Positions 39,115 to 54,216 of a stretch of 64,000 bases of DNA are shown one piece after another; the first letter of the stretch is position 1; each line of letters begins with the position of its first letter. The position numbers were made by a program, and so were the translations under genes. This DNA comes from Eledone cirrhosa (Eukaryota), in assembly GCA_964016885.1 (NCBI GenBank), contig OZ024746.1:49042001-49106000 (forward strand). Reading direction: 5' to 3'. The notes below the pieces were generated by a model. That model saw only the letters and a list, made by a program, of their open reading frames with translations, did not search any database and was not told the DNA's origin.

Positions 39115-39298
39115 TGAATTGGCAGTATCGGTAGAGGGTTGGACGCCATGCTTTCTAGCATAGTTACGTCCCTTTATGGTCTGAGTTCAAATCCCCCGAG
39201 GTTAACTTTGCCTTTCATCCTTACGGGGTCGAAAAAATAAAGTACCAGTAATGCACCGGGTAATTGCTGGCCTTGTGCCTAAAGTAGAAACAATTATT
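39115..39298 (+). mobile_element. tRNA-derived SINE
   Basis: A box TGGCAGTATCGG, B box GAGTTCAAATC, core and GTAGAAACAATTATT tail. Confidence 0.92.
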
Positions 39299-41520
39299 AG
39301 AATATTTCCTAATGTACGTATGTAAAGCATTTATCGATTTATATGTACCCGTGAAACAAAGCTGATCATAAATGTATGTTCCGCCATAACATTCCCTCCT
39401 CCATCTAAGCCATTGTTGAAAGCGTTAAGCATAATGGGTTTTCTGTTTTTAATATATGCCATAATTATATTCTTAGCATTTCTATGTATTTTGGAGAAAA
39501 ATAAATTTAACACATTGCTGCTCATAATATATAGAACTGAAAGTACTTTCGTTATTGTTGTAAAAGAACAGTAATTGATACATATAGCAAAGGCAAAATA
39601 ATAATGTAATTTAATTTCCCCGGGCCTCTGTAGTAACATGCGTTTGAACAGTTCTTTTCCAAAACACATGTCTAAGCAATATTTTGTGTGGAAGATGGTT
39701 ATGAGGGCTATTCTCCTCGTCCGCACACAAGGAAAGGATAAGAGCCGATAATCTTGACACCTGTGGCGTCGCAGGTGAACATGGAATACAATGACCCGAA
39801 AGTGATATCGCATGGCATCACGTCCACTCAGCTGGTGAGCTTCAGTGTCCGCTGGTCTATTGGTGTTGTTGGAATTCAATGTGCGTTAAGTATTTTCTGT
39901 TGCGTGTGATAGAAATTTACGATGAACATGGAGAGGTCACGCTAGCCTATTGCTAATACAAATTTGTTTAGCCAAATTTTGCCCTAAGAATATCAACTAT
40001 TTTGTTCACTAACCGTGGATTTTGAGATGTAAAACTTTACAATTTTAATAATTGTTCTCTTCCCACCTCCAGGTATTCTACTGTTATGTAATGTAAAAAT
40101 AACACTTTGGGCTTCTCTCCATAACGTGACGACGTATGGACTGTCAGTTCTTGACATTTTAAAACAACCTCGCTTGTATATATTCAACTTTAGATTGTTT
40201 TCCACGAGAAAAATCAGCATCCACCAAAGACATTGAATTAGTACATTAAAAATAAAGAAAATACGAATTAATGGTACAGCTGAATGAACACGTTCAACAC
40301 GTAAAATATAATTACTTTTTGGCAGATAATAATAGATTCAGTTCCAAATACACAGTTGACAACAACAATTATAAAAAACATAATTCACCCTCACACACAC
40401 ACACACACACACACACATTTTGCTACGCGAAGAATAGAGTGAAAGGTTAAATCGAGCTCTAAAGATGGAAATATCAGACCAGTGAAAATCATGCTGGACA
40501 CGAAACAGCTGGCTGGTTTTCTAATGCCCTCATGTAAACAATTATCATTGTTCCTTATACAGGTGGGATATGGCTTACATTACCCTAATTCTAGTTTTCG
40601 TAACTGAGGACATGGTGATGAAACACGCCAGGCACCTGCTTCATACATCTGTCCATCCGCAACTCCTGCAATATATGGGACGAGGAATATTGTGGGCAAA
40701 AGAATTTACGTTTGGTTCGTCGTTATCCTTTTGCTGGAGTACAGGAGAGTTTTGACTGCGGAGGGTAAACCACGAACGGCATTTGGCTGGGTATCCGAAT
40801 TACCCACGAGCCCTTCCGTAAAGTTTCGAACTTAGTAACTCTAGGAATTGTTGAGAGCCTTGATCTTATTCAGGAAATGGTCTGATCACATTAAATTATG
40901 TCTGTGATTATATATTCATTTTATTAATATTATTAATAATAAAATCAGTTTTTATTATGTTTAATTTAAGAAATAACATATCTCAATATATTGTGCAATA
41001 GCCTTGCCCCTCTCTCGTCCCCATATAACATTGTTTCGTTCACCAGTCCCTATATGTTTAGTAACACCGCTTCATGTGTTATTGTATATATAAATGGGTG
41101 CCGGTGGCAAATAAAATAATTATTACTAATATTACTATCATCATCATCATCATCATCATCATCAACGTCATCATCATTATCATCATTATCAACATCATCA
41201 TCATGACTATCAGGATCATTATCATCTCAATGACCACGATCATCATCATGTATGTTCCCGGTGTCTGTTTTCCCCCTTGGAAATATGTCTGATAACCGAG
41301 CGATTACAAGGCATGAAGACAAATTACCAATATAATAACGACCAAAAAATATTTCTAACTCCCTTAAGATCATTCTTGCATATGTTTAGCCTTTAAAATT
41401 ATATAAAAGCTTTTACATTTGAAAATGTATTCCCGTGCATTTCAGACATATTTCATAAATAATGGATTTTCAACGTTTCCTTAATATGAATATGCATTAT
41501 CTATATTAGAAAATGTATTA

Positions 41521-41638
<118 letters not shown>

Positions 41639-41663
41639 GTGTGTGTGTGTGTGTGTATGTGTG

Positions 41664-41697
<34 letters not shown>

Positions 41698-41803
41698 AAG
41701 AGCATGTGTGGGTGGGTTGATGTCTGCCTGTGTAGTATATGTGTCTGTGTGCCTGAGGGTGTGTGTCAGAGTATGTGAGTATGTGTGTGTACGTCTTTCA
41801 ACG

Positions 41804-41887
<84 letters not shown>

Positions 41888-42137
41888 TTATCCGTATGTG
41901 TAGAAAGAGATTGATAGCAAAATAGATAGATACGAAGAAAACGAGGGGAGAAGGGAGAGTGTTATGTGCACCAGTACATTTATTCATGCATATATATTTG
42001 AGCTCACATTCATATATAATCATTTCAGACGGAACTAATCGAAAACCATTTATGAAATGTACCATGAAAAATTGCTAAAGAAACGAAAATCATCGAGACC
42101 TTTGCTATGGCACAGATTAGGAATATATACACATGCC

Positions 42138-42239
<102 letters not shown>

Positions 42240-42441
42240 CACACACATACATATATATATATATATACGATATCGTAAACCTACTCCAAAATCTGTTGAG
42301 TGCTTTTATATCAGTTATAAAATATTTACTCATTGTAACCCAACCATTTTAAATAAAACTTTTGCATATATATATATATATATATATATGCAAAACATAT
42401 ATATATATAACTTTTGCATATATATATATATATATATGCAA

Positions 42442-42476
<35 letters not shown>

Positions 42477-43123
42477 GTGTATATTATATTATATCTATCT
42501 ATATATGTGTGTGTAGCTCCTGGCATATGAGAGCGCCAGGACATAGAATCCGCCCCCACACGAACACAACCGTGAAGGTATCTTTCATTACTTTTCTAAA
42601 GCAATCATTATTATTTCTCAGTGTTATATAATACTAGCGCTTCGTCCCTATGTACGTTCCTAGTTGAATTATATTTCAACCACTCTATATGGCCCACACT
42701 GTACTTTGTTGGTAAATATTACATATTTCTTTGTATGGTTAAATGACTTTTTTTTCCATTTGCTAACTTAACATTAGCATATAGATATAACTATATGACT
42801 ACCTCTCAGTGGTTGTGCACTCTAAGTGATTAAAATGATTTAGTATGTTGAATTACGTTGAATTGTTATGCACGTCTTCTTTCTATATGTATATATAGCC
42901 TGAATTTTCCCCAACACGTCAGTTTTCTTCTTGTCTAATGAAGACACACGAGTAACAGGGTCAGCCTTAATCAGCTATTAAACTGTACTGGTGTATTGAG
43001 TAATGCTTCTAATATTCATCTGTACTAATGTATATATAAACATACATACATATATATGTGATAAACAGGCGAAACTCCAGAGTAACATGCCACACTTTTT
43101 AGCTTCAATGATAATGAATACTT

Positions 43124-43294
43124 GGACCCCGTACAGCCGAGCTCCTCCGCAAGGTCGGAACGTCGGTGGCCCACCTGAGGAAGGAACCCCGCGAGATTGG
43201 GTGGCTGTTGCGCCAGGTGTCAATGACCGTCGTCCGCGGGAATGCTTTTGCGGCCTTGTTCGTGGGGCCCAGCACTTCTGCCCCCTTGCCCTAG
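43124..43294 (+). mobile_element. C-terminal RLE fragment of a CRE-like non-LTR retrotransposon
   Basis: Frame not in the ORF track: GPRTAELLRKVGTSVAHLRKEPREIGWLLRQVSMTVVRGNAFAALF*, matching the GP.A..L...G...EPRE..FL.QR.S.AV.RGNA motif. Confidence 0.75.
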
Positions 43295-43482
43295 GGCCTA
43301 AGCCCAATCACCCTTCCTAATACACCCTCCCTTCCCTCTGCGACACCAGAGCTCTTGCCATCTCCTCCCCTTTCCGTTATATTTCTCCTTTCTTTTTCTC
43401 TTTTTTCTCTATATTTCCCTATTCTTTTTGTTTCCTTTTCTTTTTTTCATTATTGTCGTTATTACAGTTGTCGATATTATTA

Positions 43483-43876
43483 TGGATTGGCAGTATTGGT
43501 AGAGGGTCGGACACCATGCTTTCCAGCATAGTTACGTCCCTTTATGGTCTGAGTTCAAATCCCGCTGAGGTTAACTTTGCCTTTCATCCTTACGGGGTCG
43601 ATAAAATAAAGCACCAGTAATGCACTGGGTAATTGATGGCCTTGTGGCTAAAGTAGAAACAATTATTATTATTTTTATTATTGGTGAATTGGCAGTATCG
43701 GTAGAGGGTCGGACGCCATGCTTTCCAGCATAGTTACGTCCCTTTACGGTCTGAGTTCAAATCCCACCAAGGTTAACTTTTCCTTTCATTCTTACGGAGT
43801 CGATAAAGTAAAGTACCAGTAATACACTGGGAAAATTGCTGGCCTTGTGCCAAAAGTAGAAACAATTATTATTATT
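43483..43876 (+). mobile_element. Two tandem SINE copies
   Basis: Units at ~43483-43672 and 43683-43876 with A/B boxes and (ATT)n tails. Confidence 0.92.
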
Positions 43877-44215
43877 ACTGTAAATAAAGTTTACTTTTAT
43901 TAAATAAACTAAACATCCTCTACTTCGATATTAACTATTCCCTTTCTCTCAGCCATCTGAACCATAAATATATAAATATATTTATACCTGTGTGATTGAC
44001 GGCTGGGGGAAAGGTAACTGCTCTCTTTCTATATATATCACTGCTAGGACTGCAATATAACACATATCTGGTTTTTCTACTTGACCAAAAACCCGCCTCT
44101 CTTCTTGCCTTATTTCTTCTGCTTCATTCGTTTCATCTCTACCCGTCTTCTCCTTCTTCCCTATCAGCTTCTTCACCTCTCCCCTACATTTATATATATA
44201 TATATTGAACATAAG

Positions 44216-44283
<68 letters not shown>

Positions 44284-44372
44284 ATATATATATATAGAAA
44301 GAGAATTGAAATTTAGCTATATATATATACATATATATATAGCGAGAGAACTAAATTTCAATTCTCTTTCTT

Positions 44373-44414
<42 letters not shown>

Positions 44415-44739
44415 TACATATGCACGTATATATGTATGTGGGTGTGTGTCTATGTATCTATGTGTCCGTGTGATGAGCGTATCTATGAGCGATTGTCCGG
44501 GTGAGTGCATTAAATAATTTATGTAGACATATATATCATTTATCAATTTACAGCAATAATAATCGGATGAGAATTTTGAATATGGAGGTACTTTTCTATA
44601 ATTGCTCCATTAAATAGGCAATTATAACCGGGCAGGTTATTTTTTAGTAATTCCAGTACGTATTTTCGAATAGGTTTAATTTTGAGAATTCTGGCGGTAC
44701 ACTTCAATTCACATTCAATATTGATTACTTTCTATTCAG

Positions 44740-45595
44740 GTTGTTGTTGTCACTATTGTTGTTACTGATGTCGATGATGCTTTTGCTACTGTTGTTGTTA
44801 CTGACGTTATTGTTGATGTTATTGTTGATGATATCACTGTTGTTGCTGTTACCACTCTTGTTGTTGTCACTGTTGTTGTTACCGATGTTATTGTTGATGA
44901 TATCACTGTTGTTGTTGTTACCACTGTTGTTGTCACTGTTGTTGTTGTCACTGTTGTTGTTACCGATGTTATTGTTGATGATATCACTGTCGTTGTTGTT
45001 ACCACTGTTGTTGTCACTGTTGTTGTTGTCACTGTTGTTGTTACCGATGTTATTGTTGATGATATCACTGTCGTTGTTGTTACCACTGTTGTTGTTACTG
45101 TTATTGTTGTCACTGTTGTTGTTACCGATGTTATTGTTGATGATATCACTGTTTTGTTGTTACTGTTGTTGTTACTGTTGTTGTTACTGTTGTTGTTACC
45201 ACTGTTGTTGTTGTCACTGTTGTTGTTCCTGATGTTATTGCTGATATCACTGCTGTTGTTGTTACCACTGTTGTTGTTACTGCTGTTGTAACTGTTGTTG
45301 TTGTTACTGTTGTTGTTACCGATGTTATTATTGATGATATCACTGCTGTTGTTGTTACTGTTGTTGTTGATGATGATAATGTCACTGTTGCTGTTGCTAT
45401 TGTTGTTTTTACTGTTATTTTAGATGAAATCACTGCTATTGTTATTCCTGTTGTTGTTGTTGATGATGTCATTGTTGATGTTATTACTGTTATTGATGTT
45501 GCTACTATTGATACTGTTGTTAACGCTGTTCTTGTTGCTGTTGCTGTTATTGTTGTTGTAACTGTTGTTGTAACTGTTATTCTTGTTTGTTGTTT
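44740..45595. repeat. (GTT)n-derived minisatellite with 81-bp higher-order unit
   Basis: accgatgttattgttgatgatatcactgt recurs at 44881, 44962, 45043 and 45124. Confidence 0.9.
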
Positions 45596-46219
45596 GGTCT
45601 GATTTCAAGTGCTTTGATTTGGTAGACATATGATGAAAGTCATTCAAGTCGTAACCATACGGTAAGTTAGAAGTTTATAGTACTATAGTATGAACGGCAA
45701 TATGTCGCTTACTTCTTGTGGTCGTAGGATAAGATTTACACTGCAGTGCTATTTCTAGTATGTCAAAAGCCATATATAGGCATCACCGTTGGGTTTTATT
45801 TAGGTAAATGAGAATAAAAAGAAATAATCTCGATATTGTTATGATTTGAGAGTTAGGCATTTTCCTAGATTCTTTTGAATTAATGTTATTTTATTACATT
45901 TCATTTTATTTCAATTTAAAATATATATACACAAATAAGTTTAGTATCTGTTTCTATTTATAGGCTAGCCGATTCTATCTAGGTCATTCCAATTTACGGC
46001 AATTTCCAGTTCATTCGACTGATGCAGTGATTTGATCTATTCTGATTGTATTTTGCATTTTATGTTCTGGCAAATCATTTTTTTAATTATATATATATAT
46101 GTTTCCTGTGCAGGCGAAATCATGTTTTGATCATTTAAACGACTGATTTTTTTTTTTTTAGAGATGTCATTTCCTTTTCTTTCTTACAAATTAAACGTTC
46201 GGAAAGCGAACAATATAAA

Positions 46220-46410
46220 TAATTGTTTCTACTTTTGGCACAAGGCCAGTAATTACCCAGTACATTACTAGTACAATATAAATAATTGTTTCTACTTTAG
46301 GCACAAGGCCAGCAATTAACCAGTGTATTACTGGTACTTTATTTTATCGACCCCGTAAGGATGAAAGGCAAAGTTAACCTCGGCGAGATTTGTACTCAGA
46401 ATGGCAATAA
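46220..46410 (-). mobile_element. SINE, 5'-truncated with duplicated tail
   Basis: Two ataattgtttctact tails (46220, 46283) then the SINE core. Confidence 0.88.
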
Positions 46411-46534
46411 GCAAATATATATTTAGGATTACTTTTCAATCGACGTGAAGTCGCAGCTATTAGTTAGAAGTATAGTTGAATCAAACACGTTTATTTTTTT
46501 CTTAGTTTCTTTATAGATTTGCTAATATTGTTAT

Positions 46535-46726
46535 GTGGTGGATCGGCAGTATTGGTAGAGGGTCGGACGTCATGCTTTGACGTATAGAGTTACGGCCCTT
46601 TCCATTCTGAGTTCAAATCCCGCCGAGGTCAACTTTGCCTTTCATCCTTACGGGGGCGATAAAATAAAGTACCAGTAATGTACTGGTGAAATGCTGGCCT
46701 TGTGCCAAAAGTAGAAACAATTATTA
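46535..46726 (+). mobile_element. tRNA-derived SINE
   Basis: Full match to the family, with B box GAGTTCAAATCC. Confidence 0.9.
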
Positions 46727-47424
46727 TGTATTTCAATGGCCTAGTTTGATCATCTGATCATAATGCAAGACTTATGGGATTTCATCAGATGTTAATTGCA
46801 AAGTTAGTTACATAAGATAACAGGATTACAGCAAACCCAAGCTGTCTGAAAAAAACTAACATATAAAAGCGATATTATTTATACACATTCAAACACACAA
46901 ACACACACATATACACAAAAACAAACACAAATACACACGTACACTTGTTCCCCTATAAACACACATGCAGCAATCATCCTGACATATTTACAGTAATCAT
47001 AAATGTCACTATTTGGATTCTAAAGCAAAAACTGGTTTAAATTTTTCAAGTGAGTATTATTTTATCATTGTCAAAATGTTAGAAACAAAGGATTTTCCAC
47101 CTATTTCACAACCATTATAGGGTTTTTTCTAAGTGACTACATTTATTTATAACAGGATTCAAAATGTTTATGCATGATGTACCATGCATTTTACAAGGAA
47201 ACTTTTTCCTTCAGTGCACATTCCTTTGTGTTATGTTAAAATAGCGTTTTAAAATATATTTTCTGCATATTTGGAACTTGTAGTTTTTTCACATATTGTG
47301 TATTTCTTTGTTCATGAAATATTCATGCGTTCTTACAAGTGTTCATGAATACATATTCAATAATACGTTTATGTAATGATCTTTAAGTTAATGATTCTCA
47401 GCTTAAATGTTCATCTTCACTACA

Positions 47425-47700
47425 TTGGTCATCTATCGCCAGACCACTTCTGTTCTTGAGATTCTCATAATCGTTAGCTTTGGAATCCTCAATGTTACAT
47501 TGCATTTGGAAAGTCTTTATTGATGGTCTTTATTCTCTCTCGTCCACGATTTCACTGAACTTATATTCATAGAAATCTGGGACTTGACTCCTTCTTCCTC
47601 ACTTTTCGTTGCATTACCATCTTTGATTGTTTACAGTCTCGCTCGTTCCCCTTATTTACGTGTCCCAACGACTTTCTTTAGCCGTTGCTCACACCAACCG
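47425..47700 (-). mobile_element. Possible decayed RTE-like LINE 3' end
   Basis: Scattered minus-strand peptides LGHVN, VMQRKV, TINKD, VVWR. Confidence 0.35.
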
Positions 47701-47771
47701 GAGGTATATGGTCTTTAAAGCGATGAAATACCAATGAAGGTTGGAAGATCACTGATGAAGGACTAACTTTA

Positions 47772-47838
<67 letters not shown>

Positions 47839-48038
47839 CCATGCTTATGTACATAAGTATGTAGACGTATGCAAAGAATATCTAAACGGAAGCAACAAAG
47901 CACACTGCACAGTACAATGGTGAAATATATTAGTTTAACTCTTCTAGTCTTTCTCTAGAAGAAATAATGAGAAATAAAAGATGGAATAGAAAGATGGAGG
48001 TGATTAGAAAAAACCTTACTTTCGAAAATATATATATA

Positions 48039-48134
<96 letters not shown>

Positions 48135-48135
<1 letters not shown>

Positions 48136-48600
48136 ACAATATATTAACAAATGGAAACTATATTTATAAATACATATTTATTTCATTATACATATTTCAA
48201 GGGCCACCAAGGCAAACTATGGTGCGCTTTCATTAGATAAAATATAATATAGGTTAGTTTCATAAATAAATATTGACATACACCGAAAAAATGCAACCAT
48301 TCTGGTTGGAATCTCCTGGATTGGTTGCATTTTTTCAGGGTATGTCAATATTTATTTATAAAACTCACCTATATTATATTTTATCTGATGAAAGCGCACC
48401 ATAGTTTGCCTTGGTGGCCCTTGAAATATGTATAATGAAATAAATATGGTTTTATAAATATAGTTTCCATGGTTTTATAAATATAGTTTCCATTTGTTAA
48501 TATATTGTATATTTACTCCAATAATTTGTTGAGTGCTTTATATCAGTTATAAAAATATTTTGCTTGTTGTATCCCAACAAATTAAATATAACCTCTACAC
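48135..48600. mobile_element. Fold-back non-coding PLE derivative (~165-bp arms, ~20-bp spacer)
   Basis: 48135-48300 is the reverse complement of 48320-48510; flanked by microsatellite. Confidence 0.88.
48377..48442 (+). ncRNA. Type I hammerhead ribozyme motif
   Basis: UAUUUUAU-CUGAUGA-AAGcGCACCA..UGGUGgCcCUU-GAAA-UAUGUA-UA-AUGAAAUA; the mirror copy on the left arm has CUAAUGA. Confidence 0.8.
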
Positions 48601-48603
48601 ACG

Positions 48604-48656
<53 letters not shown>

Positions 48657-48871
48657 AATGTAGCGTCCAGTTACTGTAGGTTCACCGTCGTTTCCATTCG
48701 ATAAAGGGGTGTAGAACTAAGCAGAGATCCCACGAACTTTTAATTCCAGAGTCGGGCTAGATCGATACAGATCGAACTTTGCGGTGATCAATAGCGAAAT
48801 GCGCATCACTACTCAATAAACGTAATGAAGACATAACAAATCTTCCTTTTATTATTTACATATATATATAA

Positions 48872-49020
48872 GGGCGGTGGATTGGCAGTATCGGTAGAGG
48901 GTCGTGTTCAAATCTCGCCGAGGTTGACTTTGCCTTTCATCCTTACAGGGTCGATAAAATAATGTACCAGTAATGCACTGGGTATTTGCTGGCCTTGTGC
49001 CTTAAGTAGAAACAATTATT
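48872..49020 (+). mobile_element. SINE with internal deletion
   Basis: GGCGGTGGATTGGCAGTATCGG head, ~40 bp lost before the B box, then core and tail. Confidence 0.88.
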
Positions 49021-49055
49021 TACATATATATACATATATATATACCCCCTTTTTC

Positions 49056-49089
<34 letters not shown>

Positions 49090-49091
<2 letters not shown>

Positions 49092-51340
49092 GAAAAAGGG
49101 GGTAAATTTTCATACAAAACAATGGTTATAATTAAAGAGTGAAGGTGAAAATGCACACAAGTATATATAATGATTATGTTTTTCTTTAATCCGACAGAAT
49201 AAATAATTTCATAGCTGCTGCGTTAAATAAAACTAATTCAGATTGGTATAACAATCTTATCAAATATTATATATTAAATATTTGTTTAATGTTTTTTCAT
49301 GTATTCTGTGAGCAGTTTGAAGATATGTGAATTTTTTTGTCAAAATGCTTTCTTTTATATATGTTCTTTATGAAGGTAGACGTGGTGTTCAACAGGTCGG
49401 GATTCAATTGAATTCACTTGGTTAAAAAGAGAAAGTACACTTACCATTCATAATAATATTCAAGATTTTATGTGTGTGTGTGTTTAGTATAGGTTGTAAG
49501 GTGGTAATAAATATAATAAAAAATAATGAAAATAAGAATAAATAGGTGAAACAGGAAAAGAGAAAGATAGAGATGAAAGGAAAAAAGAAAGAAAAAGGAG
49601 AACGGGAAGGAAAATGGTCTTTAGTAGAGGTTTCCTTGGAGTTATGGTTTTTCCTTTATTATGTGATGTGTGTATGGCTGCAAGTGTTTATAAATTGGTT
49701 ATTCCCACCAATAGATCACTATTTATTGTTTAATGGGGAACAATCGCATAGATGATTATGGTTTATATTTGTTAATGAATTGTTTTTCTTTATTTATTCT
49801 CTGTTGAGTAAAAGAGTTTGAGCATTTGTAGAGTGAGAAAATGTTGAAGTTTGATATATTGCAATGTGGTTGCTTACGGGGATTTATCTCGTGTTTCAAT
49901 CGCGGGTTTGCTGGCGGTGCATAGCCATCTTTTGCCCCAAAAATGTATGTATTTCCTATATAATTTTGTAGACACCCACAGTATGTAATCACATAGAATA
50001 GGTTTTCCGAGTTGCAGGGAAATTTTCTTTTATTTTGAAGGTATTTTTCATCCTTAAATATGAGTCCTGGTATAAGTAGATACCACAATTTGTTCTTCCA
50101 AATTTTGTAACATTTGGGTTGGTGATTTGTTTGTAGGTTTTAGTGGTTTGGGCTGTATTTTACTATTGATGAATTTGTGTGTTTCTAGAATGTTTTTCAT
50201 TTTTTATCTTCAAATAAAATATGAAGGTTTTTGAGATATATTTGCGATATATTTCGATATATTTAGGGCTGGAAGTTAATGCATATGGTAAAATATTTTC
50301 CCCGTTATTTTTTTTCTTTTGTCCTTGGTTCTTAGATATCTATGTATTTAGCCCTTTCTATTCCGTTGGTGGTTACACCCAGAGGGAATACTCCTTGATG
50401 AATATATGTTCTAGTTCATCCAGTCTTTACTCACGTTTGATCGGGTCCGATACTATTGTACAAATCATTTTAGGTAGGGCTTTAAAAGTATGTTCAGAAT
50501 GTTATTCATGCTGCGTTTCACATGCAAAGCCTGCTATAAATGGCCTGAGCTTTAAATCGTAGGAGGTGTTACAGGTTGTATTTGGTTGTCGGGGTTTTAC
50601 AAACGTCATTTATCTGTTTGGATTTGTGCAGTTTTGGTAGGCCGTAGAATGTGCTAACTTTTCATTTTAATGGCTTATGTAATCGATTTCTTTCGTAGTG
50701 AGACTTTTGAAGTACTTATTTAGTAGAGTTAGATTTTCCATTATTTTTTATTGTTTGTAGCTGGGTGGTGTTTCATAGTAATTATTATCTTCTAACATAA
50801 TTCCAGATCATTGTAGTAATCTCTGTTCATGATGACAACAGTTCTACCTTTATTAGCTTCTTTGGTGGTGATTTCGGTGTTTTTTTAATCAATTAAGTTC
50901 TTCCATTCATTTAGTGGGAAATGTTATTTGGTGTATCTATTTCCATTTTTTTCAACGGGGAAATTCATTATGTGTTCGCAGTAGTAATCAAGTGCTTTAT
51001 TCCTTCCTTTTTCTCGACAGAAACCACTTTTACTTCTAACTAGTGACTCGTCTTCAATGTCATTGGCTTCGAAGATAAATTCTTCTAGCTTAACTATTCG
51101 ACAGAACTCTGTGATGTCGTTTTTCATTTCGGGGAAATTTGATTTTTGTGGGGTGGGTATAAATTTCAGTCACTTGATATAACTATTTTTGTTTTTGTAA
51201 TTAGCATCTCTGTAAGGTTGATTACCTTCGGTTTGAGGGCTATCATGTGACCTCGTTTTTCTGTCTTTGTGATAAAATACGATTGTTATTTTATTTGCAA
51301 CAGTGGTTTGATATTTATTTTGTGCGTCTGTTTTATGCAT
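49090..51340 (-). mobile_element. Decayed PLE (Neptune-like), RT palm missing
   Basis: TPQKSN...EFCR..KL.E; KEANKG.TVVIMN.DYY; FYGLPKLHKS; LKLRP.IAG.ACET; ICTIVSD; CNSENL.YVIT..GC.QNYIG.T; R..KEKQFI.KYKP. Confidence 0.8.
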
Positions 51341-51356
51341 GTTTATGTATATATAT

Positions 51357-52679
<1,323 letters not shown>

Positions 52680-52752
52680 ATATTATGTATTTATATATAT
52701 ATATATATATATTTATTTATATATATATATATGTGTGTGTGTGTATTGTATA

Positions 52753-52797
<45 letters not shown>

Positions 52798-53684
52798 ATA
52801 TAGAGAGAGGAGAGAGATACACATATACGTACATACAAATATACATAGATCCATCGATACATACATACATATATGCGTATTTACATCCATTCATTCATGC
52901 ATGCGTAATATTTATATTGGAATTTTCAAATTAGATCTATATTTTTCAAGGTATATGTATTTACTTGATGTAATTTACATAAATTATTCTTGACAAAATG
53001 AGATTCAATAATACTGTTATTTGAATACACAATTGAAGTGAATCTAGAAAATTACCTTGCTAGTAAAAGAAGTAATTAAAGTTGGGAATGGTGGTTATGA
53101 ATATTTGATAAGTTATATTGGTTTACCAAATTACTTGCATGAGTAAAATCGTTTTATTTTCGCACTGTTTAGTCGCTGCCTGCTACAAATTACCCTTCGT
53201 CGATAAAATGAAGGTATCGACGAGGTCGTTGACCAGCTATAAATATCAACCAAATCTTCTTCGAAGCGCACCGTACCGGCTTAAAAGTTTAATAAGCATA
53301 TACTCACATAAAAGGGTGAATAGCCACAAAACTGATATGCAAACCACAAGGCTCTGTATTTATTCGTAATATGCAAAAACTTGAACCTGTGTCTTCTTTC
53401 TTATCCACCTCATTTATTAATCCCTTAAGTCCTGATGAATTCGTCGGAACGCTCTAATGTTTCACGGCGTCCCTTAAGCATTTAAAATCTAGTGGGGCCT
53501 ATTCCTCTCCAGGTTGTAATGCTGTCGATGTTTTCAAGATAGAGAAAGAGAGAAGTGATAAAGAGAGCTTGAGGAATAATATACCCCATCTCCTATCGAT
53601 GTCTGAATACACCAGATTTCTTCCAGAGAAGACAGACATTGAGGGAAAAAGAAGAGAGAAAACGATATAGAGAAAGAATCAAAT

Positions 53685-53832
53685 AAAGTACTTGACTTGT
53701 ACTTTATTTATCGACCTGGAAAAGATGAAAGTAAAGTTAACCACGGTGGGATTGATCGCAGAAGGCAGTTAGTCTGGACTAATACTGATAAATGTTTAAT
53801 TAGATGCCCTAACAACTTTGCCAATTTGCTGT
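53685..53832 (-). mobile_element. Old degenerate SINE
   Basis: gtactttatttatcgacctggaaaagatgaaagtaaagttaaccacgg matches the SINE core. Confidence 0.65.
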
Positions 53833-53937
53833 CTTACCCTCTTCTGATTGACTTAATTTGGTCTGTAAAATCTACGCGAAATAATACACGCAGACACGCA
53901 CACACAAATTACATATATATATATACACTCACACATA

Positions 53938-53987
<50 letters not shown>

Positions 53988-53996
53988 CATATATAT

Positions 53997-54033
<37 letters not shown>

Positions 54034-54081
54034 TAAAAATAATGAATAAAAACAAAGAAACAGTTCCTTATATAAAAAATT

Positions 54082-54216
54082 CATCATTTTACGATCATTT
54101 CTAGGATATATATGTGTGTGTTGGTATGTATATCATATAGATCTATGTAAAAATTTTCCAAACTATCAGAGGGATATACATACCTACACATATATATGCT
54201 GTCTTCAGAAATAATG
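54082..54216 (-). ncRNA. Type I hammerhead motif with ~110-nt stem II
   Basis: CAUUAUUU-CUGAAGA-[AUAUAUAUGUGU.GGUAUGUAUAUC...GAUAUACAUACC..ACACAUAUAUAU]-GAAA-UGAUCG-UA-AAAUGAUG. Confidence 0.8.

Noticed and set aside
39115-39200. tRNA gene
   Set aside because: A and B boxes are present but there is no cloverleaf; it is the head of a multi-copy SINE.
39331-39879. 182-aa ORF (also 5042-5494, 150 aa)
   Set aside because: No motif or domain recognised; compatible with chance ORFs.
47745-47770. CTGATGA as a hammerhead core (also 8107-8113 and 57185)
   Set aside because: No properly placed stem II-GAAA-UH and stem I partner.
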